Shown here: in pieces, positions 9,008 to 19,505 of the stretch | Layout: each line of letters opens with the position of its first letter | How positions within the stretch are numbered: position 1 is the first letter of the stretch | Assembly (NCBI RefSeq): GCF_006345805.1 | Contig: NW_021823939.1 | Coordinates: forward strand, 1-19,505 | DNA: 19,505 bases | DNA from: Octopus sinensis | Lineage: Eukaryota | Direction of reading: 5' to 3' | Translations under genes and position numbers: made by a program | Notes under the pieces: model-generated | The model's database searches: none | The model's input: the letters and a program-made list of their open reading frames with translations, nothing else | Told to the model about the DNA's origin: nothing

Positions 9008-10063
9008 AGCAGCTGTTCGTTCTTATACTTCGAGAAGTTTTGCATAGAATGCATAACCAAATTGCGATGGTGATTTTATAAAAACATGTATTATGAAAGC
9101 TACTGAAATCATATGTCCTATTAATCGGCCTGATTTCGCAAGCATTAGCCTTACAAGAAATACTGTGGCAAATAGATTTCAGATCTTTCCACTGATTTGC
9201 ACAATCAACTCAAGACGAAAATTAGTTCATTCATTACCTTTTCCATTGCTATTGACGAGAGCACTGACATTATGGATGTGGTTCAGTTAGCTATATTCAT
9301 TCGTGATGTGGACGAGAATTTGACGGTCACAGAGGAGTTCTTGATTTGATACCTATGCTGGACACTACTACGGGATATTACAGAACATTTGAACACGCTT
9401 AACAAAAATTTGCAAGGACGAAATAAAGTTGTTACACAATATTTCGAATGCATACAAGCTTTCACCGTGAAGCTAATGTTATGGGAGACACAATTGATAG
9501 TGGGAAACACTGAGCATTTTTCTTGTTTAAAAAGTGTAATTTTCACCACATCGAATGTTGATATGAGTCGTTATAAAGTGAAAATAACAGAATTACTTCA
9601 ACAGTTTGAGACGCGTTTTTAAATTTTTCGTGAATTTGAAAAAGAATTTACTGTTTTTCGATCATTATTCAGTGCAAATATTACACATCTTTCAGCTAAC
9701 TTACAATTGGAAATTATTGATTTGAAATGCGACTCAGATCTGAAGAATAAATTTACCATGGTGGGCTTAGACACCTTTTATAAATATCTCTTGCCGAAGT
9801 ATCCCAACTTAACAGCCTTAGCAGCGAAAATCTTGTCAATGTTTGGAAGTACATATCTATGTGAACAACTTTTCTCTTTAATGAACATAAACAAAACAAA
9901 ATTTCGATCAAGGCTTACCCACATTCATCTAAGTGAGATTCTAAAATTGACGGTAACTCTAGATTTCACTCCAGATATTGTCCCTATTATGAAGATAAAA
10001 AGATGTCAAGTTTCTGGAACATGTATTTTAATTATAAAAATTACCAAATGTGTTGTTAAATGA
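9008..10063 (+). pseudogene. GTF2IRD2-like hAT-Charlie transposase pseudogene
   Basis: DGDFIKTCIM...SLTRNTVANR...SIAIDESTD...QLAIFIR...EEFL; then an internal deletion to DITEHLNTLNKNLQG; an in-frame TAA at 9620-9622; and LEIIDLKCD...MFGSTYLCEQLFSLMNINKTKFRSRLT. The N-terminus is missing. Confidence 0.9.
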
Positions 10064-10859
10064 TTTTAAATTAAAATTATAAATTAAAAATCATAGTATG
10101 AATTGTGTTAAATCAGAAATAAATAGTCTGGCCCGCGGAGCCTAAAATTTTTTTAATCGGGCCCGCGGAAGAAATGAGTTTGACACCCCTGTTCTAATGG
10201 GTCTTAAACTGGCTAAATACACACGATTCATCAAATTTCTTTAGATCAATAATCAGAACTAAATAAAAATAAATTTATTCAACAAAAAACAGAATTTTAA
10301 TATTATTCAGTAAAATGTTGCTTAATAACCAAACTACGAAAAAATGCTATGAGTGATCTTGAAGGTTAATAAATAAAAATAAACTACGTACATATAGAAT
10401 TGCTTTTGAAATTTCGTATCACTATATCTACAGACCTGTTGTAAAAAGGATGTCATCATTTAAAGTCTTGGTAAATAATAATTCTACTAAAATATTTTTC
10501 TCCCAGATATATATCTACTCAGAAAAAATTTAAATTTTAAAAAAATCAATTAAATAAAAGTAAAAGATAAATTTATTTACAATTTGTAAAAAAATACTGT
10601 GGTGACAAAAATGATTCAGGACAACAGTGATCTTGTAAATATTATGTGACATGGTTTGCGTGATACCTATGGGCCGCGTGATACCTGACGTGACCTTGAA
10701 GCTTAACTTAATGTCAATATTGTAATTAATATTAAACTTCAAAGAATAATAACTTTTTTTTAAAAAAAAATAACTTGTTATTATTTTTTTTAAGTCTGGA
10801 CATTGGCACAATCGAAATTTCGCTCATCGAATTTTTTAATCTATTAAATTTAAATGTTT

Positions 10860-11458
10860 AAACTACCTCAACGCGATTGTTTGATAAAATACTGATAATT
10901 TCGCAGATGGATAATATGGAGATTCAAACTTATCCAGTCGCAACGAAGGATTTGTTCCAAATCTTTTTTAACTCGAACCTAAACATTAATTTTTATGCAT
11001 ACTTTATCACCAACACTAAATTCATACTTACTATTGTGAACATTCATTTTTCTGTTCATCGCTTTGTAATAATTAGAATTAGGATCAATGGGGTTGATTT
11101 CGAACTGAAATCTTTTCGGACCTGTAAACGAATAATTACAATCCATCTACATATAGAAATTCAATTACATGAATTTTCAATTGGACTCGGACAATTGTTT
11201 GCATCATCGACTTGATCAGGACTCAACAAATCATTACTTGAATTATCTAAGGAATAATTTTATAATTACAAAACCATAAAATATTGTATTTATTCCACTT
11301 ATTCCCCGGTATCTTTCAAAAGGTCTCATTAGAAGATGAGTGGACAGAATGTTATAACTGTACACTGCATTTTCTAATTTTTCCAGCCACTTTTTATTAT
11401 CATTGTCGATCATTTTTGCCATTTTTCTTGTAGTCCCATCAATGTCATAATTGCACAT
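10860..11458 (-). pseudogene. Ginger integrase/transposase C-terminal remnant with three introns
   Basis: KKWLEKLENAVYSYNI..H....PFE..RG (end of the rve core) is followed by introns 11274-11247 (28 nt), 11168-11122 (47 nt) and 11002-10979 (24 nt). Splicing gives ...YKAMNRKMNVHNSKYEFSVGDK|VRVKKD...DKFES...ILSNNRVEV. A few 1-nt frameshifts remain. Confidence 0.75.
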
Positions 11459-11502
11459 TTCAAGGTCACACGTCAGGTATCACGCGGCCCATAAGTATCG
11501 CG

Positions 11503-11871
11503 GATGGTACTTCTCTAAAAAGAAGGACAACCATCTTAACTAAATTTGAAAAGTCTCGCAGGCTCGCTTGAAGCTTGCTTACCACCAAAAAGTTGAAGAT
11601 CCAATCCCCTGTGGCTTGAAAGTAATCCTCCATGGTCGGTGAAACTGTCGAAAAAGCTATAAGTGGTTATAAATCCAACTCAATTGTCACTGGGACGTAC
11701 CTGCAGAGGTAGAAAAGAAAAAAAAAAAAATTTACTTGAGGGGTCTCTTTTTTTTTTTCTGGGAAGAAGTCGATAGGGTAGTCCTATTGTTTCATTATAC
11801 AAACTCCCCCCCTAACCTTTAACCCTTCTCTGTTTCCAATAAAACTTCCTATCCTTCCTATCCTATCCTAG
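11503..11871 (+). mobile_element. Unclassified ~370-bp retroposon-like insertion with AATAAA and (CCTAT)n-like tail
   Basis: Flanked by GTATCGCG at 11495-11502 and 11872-11879. The 3' end reads CAATAAAACTTCCTATCCTTCCTATCCTATCCTA. Removing the insertion restores the Ginger TIR. Confidence 0.7.
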
Positions 11872-12024
11872 GTATCGCGCAGACCATGTCACATATTATA
11901 TCAGAAATAGAGGATTTATTTAATGTTTTTTATAGAAATTTAATACTATAGAATTTTAACCTTCAATTAAAATCCATTATATTTTGAAGGAACAGCTAAA
12001 AACCTAATGAAGAAGAACTAAAAA

Positions 12025-12629
12025 ATGTTTCTCTTTTGTGACGAATCTCTCAATAAACGTTTATAGCTAATTTATCATTAAAGAATGGAAGGCTGTTTTT
12101 CTTTAAAAGAACATCAAAATTCTTTATTTTGCAATGAGTTACAAGGTAAACAAGAAATATAATTTTTAAGACAAATACAACTTACTGAATACTAAATTTA
12201 ACGAAATAAGCAAAGAAAAGAACTTTTAATATTAAACGAAGATATAGAAATTCAACAATACAATAGATTAAAAAGATTGAAGAAGACCTGAGAATTAAAT
12301 GTTTGATTTTAAAAACATAAAAAAAGATGAAAAGAAATGAAAGAAATACAGCAAGCTGCATTTGAAGATAAAAAAGCTGCACAATCTGAGTCTGCCTTAA
12401 CTAAGGCCTCGGTGAACTATAATTTTACTTAATTTATTCAATATAATAGTATGAGTCGAAATAAGAGATCTGGAAGAAATCTTAAGAGGGCAGAATCAGT
12501 TTTTTGATCAACAGTTTATCAGAGAAGAATTCAGCAACTCAAAGAAGATTATGAAGAAAAATCAAAGACCTAAATGAACTAATAAAGATCTTGGAAATAA
12601 AATGCAGGCGTAAAAAATCTAGTCGATGA
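12025..12629 (+). CDS. Probable coiled-coil host protein, partial, with micro-introns and homopolymer frameshifts
   Basis: Candidate introns 12059-12083 (25 nt), 12146-12170 (25 nt) and 12412-12449 (38 nt) link E/K/L-rich frames (DKYNLLNTKFNEISKE..., KEMKEIQQAAFEDKK..., YESKIRDLEEILRGQ..., QQLKEDYEEKIKDLNEL). Several 1-nt corrections are needed, and the true start is uncertain. Confidence 0.45.
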
Positions 12630-12842
12630 CAGTTGAAAATTTTATTTTTGAGTTTTATTTGTTGGTATTTGCATTATAAAAATCAATATTCGAGTGCTTT
12701 TAAGCTTTCATCATCCAAAGAAAATTATTTTTAATTAAAATATATTTTTTCAACTTTAACTCTGAACAATCGTTTCATTTTAAGTAGGGGTAATAAGAAT
12801 AAAATCAGTTAATAGATTTTATTGAATTGCGAGAAAGGAATA

Positions 12843-13230
12843 TCAAATCTTTTAGCTCATGGGCCAAATCGATAATTAAGAATATCTTTGCGGGCCGCAC
12901 AAAAAATATTTTATGTTATAATAAAAGAAGGCTTTATTAAGTAATAAAATCAATGCGAGACTTGAATCTGTTTGCGTCTAAAATAGTGTACGAAAAACTT
13001 GGATTCAGTGAGTAGCTGGTAATGAAGATCGTCAGATATGCTCTCAATTCTCCGAGAAACTGTATTAATGCTAAGCTGTAAGTTTCGACCAATTTTTTAA
13101 TTTCTGAAGAGCAACATTCTTCTGTAAATATATGTCACAAATATATCACAATTCGGAATAATTGAAAATATACTTTCGGCCCTGTTCACGGAAACTTGGC
13201 TGATAACATCAAACTATCTGTTTTCTAAAC
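12843..13230 (-). mobile_element. Degenerate hAT-Charlie remnant
   Basis: The minus strand near 13020-13090 reads LSINTVSRRIESISDDLHYQL, matching the Charlie LSxNTVxRRI motif. A GCGGCCCGC/TTGGCCC terminal-type segment lies at about 12860-12900. Confidence 0.5.
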
Positions 13231-13388
13231 CTCTCAGCGAGTTTATTTGAGCTTTTTAGAGTATTCACGGCAACTAATCTAAAGTTTCCAGATGTCCGTT
13301 GTCTCACTCCAAGATAAAGGTTTGCAAAAAGACAAATAAAGTTTTTATATATATTAGAAAAAAGTGTAAATATAAAATAAATAGTAAT

Positions 13389-16300
13389 AAGTGGACTACT
13401 AGAGGACTGTCCCTACATGGGGGACATTACTCCCCAAGTGGACTACTTAGAGGACACACTTACAGGGGGACATTACTCACCAAGTGGCTACTTAGAGGAC
13501 ACAACTTACAGGGGGACATTACTCACCAAGTGGACTACTTAGAGGACACAACTTACAGGGGGGACATTACTCACCAAGTGGACTACTAGAGGACAAACTT
13601 ACAGGGGGGACATTACTCACCAAGTGGACTACTTAGAGGACACAACTTACAGGGGGGACATTACTCCCCAAGTGGACTACTAGAGGACACAAATTACAGG
13701 GGGACATTACTCCCCAAGTGGACTACTTAGAGGACACAACTTACAGGGGGGACATTACTCACCATGGACTACTTAGAGACACAACTTACAGGGGGGACAT
13801 TACTCCCCAAGTGGACTACTTAGAGGACACAACTTACAGGGGGGACATTACTCCCCAAGTGGACTACTAGAGGACACAACTTACAGGGGGGACATTACTC
13901 CCCAAGTGGACTACTAGAGGACACAACTTACAGGGGGGACATTACTCCCCAAGTGGACTACTTAGAGGACACAACTTACAGGGGGGACATTACTCCCCAA
14001 GTGGACTACTAGAGGACACAACTACAGGGGGACATTACTCCCCAAGTGGACTACTAGAGCACAACTTACAGGGGGGACATTACTCCAAGTGGACTACTTA
14101 GAGGACACAACTTACAGGGGGACATTACTCACCAATGGACTACTTAGAGGACACAACTTACAGGGGGACATTACTCCCCAAGTGGACTACTAGGGACACA
14201 ACTTACAGGGGGACATTACTCACCAAGTGGACTACTTAGAGGACACAACTTACAGGGGGGACATTACTCACCAAGTGGACTACTTAGAGGACACAACTTA
14301 CAGGGGGGACATTACTCACCAAGTGGACTACTTAGAGGACACAACTTACAGGGGGGACATTACTCCCCAAGTGGACTACTTAGAGGACACAACTTACAGG
14401 GGGGACATTACTCCCCAAGTGGACTACTTAGAGGACACAACTTACAGGGGGGACATTACTCACCAAGTGGACTACTTAGAGGACACAACTTACAGGGGGA
14501 CATTACTCCCCAAGTGACTACTAGAGGACACAACTTACAGGGGGGACATTACTCCCCAAGTGGACTACTAGAGGACACAACTTACAGTGGGAACATTACT
14601 CCCCAAGTGGACTACTAGAGGACACAACTTACAGGGGGGACATTACCCCCAAGTGGACTACTAAGGACACAACTTACAGTGGGAACATTACTCCCCAAGT
14701 GGACTACTTAGAGTACTCTCCTTACAGGGGGACATTACTCCCCAAGTGGACTACTAGAGGACACAACTTACAGGGGGGACATACTCCCAAGTGGACTACT
14801 AGAGGACACAACTTACAGGGGGACATTCTCCCCAAGTGGACTACTAGAGGACACAACTTACAGGGGGACCTTACTCCCCAAGTGGACTACTTAGAGGACA
14901 CAACTTACAGGGGGGACATTACTCCCCAAGTGGACTACTAGAGGACACAACTTCAGGGGGGACATTACTCACCAAGTGGACTACTAGAGGACACAACTTA
15001 CAGGGGGGACATTACTCCCCAGTGGACTACTAGAGGACACAACTTACAGGGGGACATTACTCCCCAAGTGGACTACAGAGACACACTTACAGGGGGGACA
15101 TTACTCCCCAAGTGGACTACTTAGAGTACTCTCCTTACAGGGGGGAGATTACTCCCCAAGTGGACTACTAGAGGACACAACTTACAGGGGGGACATTACT
15201 CCCCAAGTGGACTACTAGAGGACACAACTTACAGGGGGGACATTACTCCCCAAGTGGACTACTAGAGGACACAACTTACAGGGGGGACATTACTCCCCAA
15301 GTGGACTACTAGAGGACACAACTTACAGGGGGGACATTACTCCCCAAGTCGACTACTAGAGGACCAACTTACAGGGGGGACATTACTCACCAATGGACTA
15401 CTAGAGGACACAACTTACAGGGGGGACATTACTCCCCAAGTGGACTACTAGAGGACACAACTTACAGGGGGACATTACTCCCCAAGTGGACTACTAGAGG
15501 ACACAACTTACAGGGGGGACATTACTCCCCAAGTGGACTACTTAGAGTACTCCTCCTTACAGGGGGGAGATTACTCCCCAAGTGGACTACTAGAGGACAC
15601 AACTTACAGGGGGGACATTACTCCCCAAGTGGACTACTAGAGGACACAACTTACAGGGGGACATTACTCCCCAAGTGGACTACTTGAGGACACAACTTAC
15701 AGGGGGGACATTACTCCCCAAGTGGACTACTAGAGGACACAACTTACAGGGGGGACATTACTCCCCAAGTGGACTACTAGAGGACACAACTTACAGGGGG
15801 GACATTACTCCCCAAGTGGACTACTTAGAGGACACAACTTACAGGGGGGACATTACTCCCCAAGTGGACTACTAGAGGACACAACTTACAGGGGGGACAT
15901 TACTCACCAAGTGGACTACTAGAGGACACAACTTACAGGGGGGACATTACTCCCCAAGTGGACTACTAGAGGACACAACTTACAGGGGGGACATTACTCC
16001 CCAAGTGGACTACTAGAGGACACAACTTACAGGGGGGACATTACTCCCCAAGTGGACTACTTAGAGTACTCTCCTTACAGGGGGGAGATTACTCCCCAAG
16101 TGGACTACTAGAGGACACAACTTACAGGGGGGACATTACTCCCCAAGTGGACTACTAGAGGACACAACTTACAGGGGGGACATTACTCCCCAAGTGGACT
16201 AACTTAGAGGACACAACTTACAGGGGGGACATTACTCCCCAAGTGGACTACTTAGAGGACACAACTTACAGGGGGACATTACTCCCCAAGTGGACTACTT

Positions 16301-19300
16301 AGAGACACAACTTACAGGGGGGAGATTACTCCCCAAGTGGACTACTAGAGGACACAACTTACAGGGGGACATTACTCCCCAAGTGGACTACTAGAGGACA
16401 CAACTTACAGGGGGGACATTACTCCCCAAGTGGACTACTAGAGGACACAACTTACAGGGGGGACATTACTCCCCAAGTGGACTACTAGAGGACACAACTT
16501 ACAGGGGGGACATTACTCCCCAAGTGGACTACTAGAGGACACAACTTACAGGGGGGACATTACTCCCCAAGTGGACTACTTAGAGTACTCTCCCTTACAG
16601 AAGGGACATTACTCCCCAAGTGGACTATTACTTAGAGTACTCTCCTTACAGGGGGGACATTACTCCCCAAGTGGACTACTTAGAGTACTCTCCTTACAGG
16701 GGGCATTACTCACCAAGTGGACTACTAGAGGACCAACTTAACAGGGGGGACATACTCCCCAAGTGGACTACTAGAGGACACAACTTACAGGGGGACATTA
16801 CTCCCCAATGGACTACTAAGGACACAACTTACAGGGGGGACATTACTCCCCAAGTGGACTACTAGAGGACACAACTTACAGGGGGGACATACTACCCCAA
16901 GTGGACTACTAGAGGACACAACTTACAGGGGGACATTACTCCCCAAGTGGACTACTAGAGGACACAACTTACAGGGGGGACATTACTCCCAAGTGGACTA
17001 CTTAGAGGACACAACTTACAGGAAGAACATTACTCCCCAAGTGGACTACTTAGAGGACACAACTTACAGGGGGGACATTTCCCCAAGTGGACTACTTTAG
17101 AGACACAACTTACAGGGGGACATTACTCCCCAAGTGGACTACTAGAGGACACAACTTACAGGAAGACATTACTCCCAATGGACTACTTAGAGGACACAAC
17201 CTTACAGGGGGACATTCCTCCCCAAGTGGACTACTTAGAGGACACAACTTACAGGGGGGACATTACTCCCCAAGTGGACTACTTAGAGGACACAACTTAC
17301 AGGGGGGACATTACTCCCCAAGTGGACTACTTAGAGGACACAACTTACAGGGGGGACATTACTCCCCAAGTGGACTACTAGAGGACACAACTTACAGGGG
17401 GGACATTACTCCCCAAGTGGACTACTAGAGGACACAACTTACAGGGGGGACATTACTCCCCAAGTGGACTACTAGAGTACTCTCCTTACAGGGGGGACAT
17501 TACTCCCCAAGTGGACTACTAGAGGACACAACTTACAGGGGGGACAATTACTTCCCAAGTGGACTACTAGAGGACACAATTTACAGGGGGACATTACTCC
17601 AAGTGGACTACTTAGAGTACTCTCCTTACAGGGGGCATTACTCCCCAAGTGGACTACTAGAGGACACAACTTACAGGGGGGACATTACTCCCCAAGTGGA
17701 CTACTAGAGGACACAACTTACAGGGGGGACATTACTCCCAAGTGGACTACTAGAGGACACCACTACAGGGGGGACATTACTCCCCAAGTGGACTACTAGA
17801 GGACACAACTTACAGGGGGACATTACTCCCAAGTGGACACTAGAGGACACAACTTACAGGGGGGACATTACTCCCACGTGGACTACTCAGAGTACTCTCC
17901 TTACAGGGGGGACATTACTCCCACGTGGACTACTCAGAGTACTCTCCTTACAGGGGGACATTACTCCCCAAGTGGACTCTAGAGGACACAACTTACAGGG
18001 GGGACATTACTCCCCAAGTGGACTACTAATAGGACCCAACTTACAGGGGGGACATTACTCCCCAAGTGGACTACTAGAGGACACAACTTACAGTGGAACA
18101 TTACTCCCCACGTGGACTACTCAGAGTACTCTCCTTACAGGGGGGACATTACTCCCACGTGGACTACTCAGAGTACTCTCCTTACAGGGGGGACATTACT
18201 CCCCAAGTGGACTACTAGAGGACACAACTTACAGGGGGACATTACTCCCCAAGTGGACTACTACTAGAGACACAACTTACAGGGGGGACATTACTCCCCA
18301 AGTGGACTACTAGAGGACACAACTTACAGGGGGGACATTACTTCCCCAAGTGGACTACTAGAGGACACAACTTACAGTGGGAACATTACTCCCCAAGTGG
18401 ACTACTTAGAGTACTCTCCTTACAGGGGGGACATTACTCCCCAAGTGGACTACTTAGAGGACACAACTTACAGGGGGGACATTCCTCCCCAAGTGGACTA
18501 CTTAGAGGACACAACTTACAGGGGGACATTACTCCCCAAGTGGACTACTAGAGGACACAACTACAGGGGGACATTACTCCCCAAGTGGACTACTAGAGGA
18601 CACAACTTACAGGGGGACATTACTCCCCAAGTGGACTACTAGAGGACACAACTTACAGGGGGGACATTACTCCCCAAGTGGACTACTTAGAGGACACAAC
18701 TTACAGGGGGGACATTACTCCCCAAGTGGACTACTTAGAGACACAACTTACAGGGGGGACATTCCTCCCCAAGTGGACTACTTAGAGGACACAACTTACA
18801 GGGGGGACATTACCCCCAAGTGGACTACTTAGAGGACACAACTTACAGGGGGGACATTACTCCCCAGTGGACTACTTAGAGGACACAACTTACAGGGGGG
18901 ACATTACTCCCCAAGTGGATACTTAGAGGACACAACTTACAGGGGGGGACTTCTCCCCAGTGGACTACTTAGAGGACACAACTTACAGGGGGACATTACT
19001 CCCCAGTGGACTACTAGAGGACACAACTTACAGGGGGACTTACTCCCCAAGTGGACTACTAGAGGCACAACTTACAGGGGGACATTACTCCCCAGTGGAC
19101 TACTTAGAGGACACAACTTACATGGGGGACATTACTCCCAAGTGGACTACTTAGAGGACACAACTTACAGGGGGGACATTCTCCCCAAGTGGACTACTTA
19201 GAGGACACAACTTACAGGGGGGACATTCCTCCCCAAGTGGACTACTTAGAGGACACAACTTACAGGGGGACATTACTCCCCAAGTGGACTACTTAGAGGA

Positions 19301-19505
19301 CACAACTTCAGGGGGACATTACTCCCCAAGTGGACTACTTAGAGGACACAACTTACAGGGGGGACATTACTCCCCAAGTGGACTACTTTAGGGACACACT
19401 TACAGGGGGGACATTCCTCCCCAGTGACTACTAGAGGACACAACTTACAGGGGGGACATTCCTCCCCAAGTGGACTACTAGAGGACACAACTTACAGGGG
19501 GGACA
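13389..19505. repeat. 47/48-bp satellite array, roughly 130 copies, open at the right edge
   Basis: Consensus CAAGTGGACTAC(T)TAGAGGACACAACTTACAGGGGGGACATTACTCCC, head to tail with no spacers, 24/47 G+C. The first unit is diverged (...GGACTGTCCCTACATGGGGG). Confidence 0.99.

Larger units (their letters stand above)
8368..10191 (+). mobile_element. hAT-Charlie (GTF2IRD2/SPIN-like) transposon with TIRs and 8-bp TSD
   Basis: 13-bp TIRs CGGGGGTGTCAAA (8368-8380) and TTTGACACCCCTG (10179-10191), one mismatch. Perfect TSD TTCTAATG at 8360-8367 and 10192-10199. GGCCCGCGG subterminal motifs at both ends. Confidence 0.95.
10645..11893 (-). mobile_element. Ginger-type DNA transposon (Gypsy-like integrase), internally deleted
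   Basis: TGT...ACA termini. ~56-bp TIRs at 10645-10700 and at 11459-11502 plus 11880-11893, the right TIR being split by an insertion. 5-bp TSD TATTA at 10640-10644 and 11894-11898. An integrase C-terminal remnant lies inside. Confidence 0.85.

Noticed and set aside
9283-12382. ORFs 9283-9549(-), 10530-10811(-), 10877-11215(+) and 12182-12382(-)
   Set aside because: Antisense shadows of the Charlie, Ginger and coiled-coil frames, or low-complexity AT-rich ORFs with no recognisable motifs.
13299-19154. ORF-track ORFs inside the satellite as genes
   Set aside because: They are translations of the repeat in shifting frames, with GTG-type starts and no unique coding context.
13389-19505. CRISPR array
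   Set aside because: Units are head to tail with no unique spacers, no cas genes are present, and the context is eukaryotic.

Overview
AT-rich eukaryotic genomic window using the standard code (TAA/TAG/TGA stops) with very short spliceosomal introns of 23-31 nt. The arginine kinase sequence and intron sizes suggest a reduced parasitic cnidarian (myxozoan-like); this is inference only. Bases 1-13.3 kb hold a complete 6-exon arginine kinase gene (6349-7532), three or four partial host genes of unknown function, and a dense set of nested transposons: a CGGBP1-like hAT, pogo/Tigger, two hAT-Charlie, Merlin, Ginger, three CRE-like non-LTR 3' fragments and one unclassified retroposon. Bases 13389-19505 are a ~51% GC satellite of 47/48-bp units with higher-order structure that runs off the window end. 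Main observations: (1) transposases of three unrelated DNA-transposon superfamilies carry host-sized micro-introns; (2) a CRE retroelement landed on the donor of a 25-nt micro-intron and duplicated it; (3) the satellite has 9/9/11/11-mer higher-order blocks and telomere-like G-strand motifs. Many frameshifts are single-base losses in homopolymers, so the sequence is probably an unpolished long read or assembly, and frameshifts alone are weak evidence of pseudogenes. All protein family calls come from recognising motifs by eye, not from database searches.
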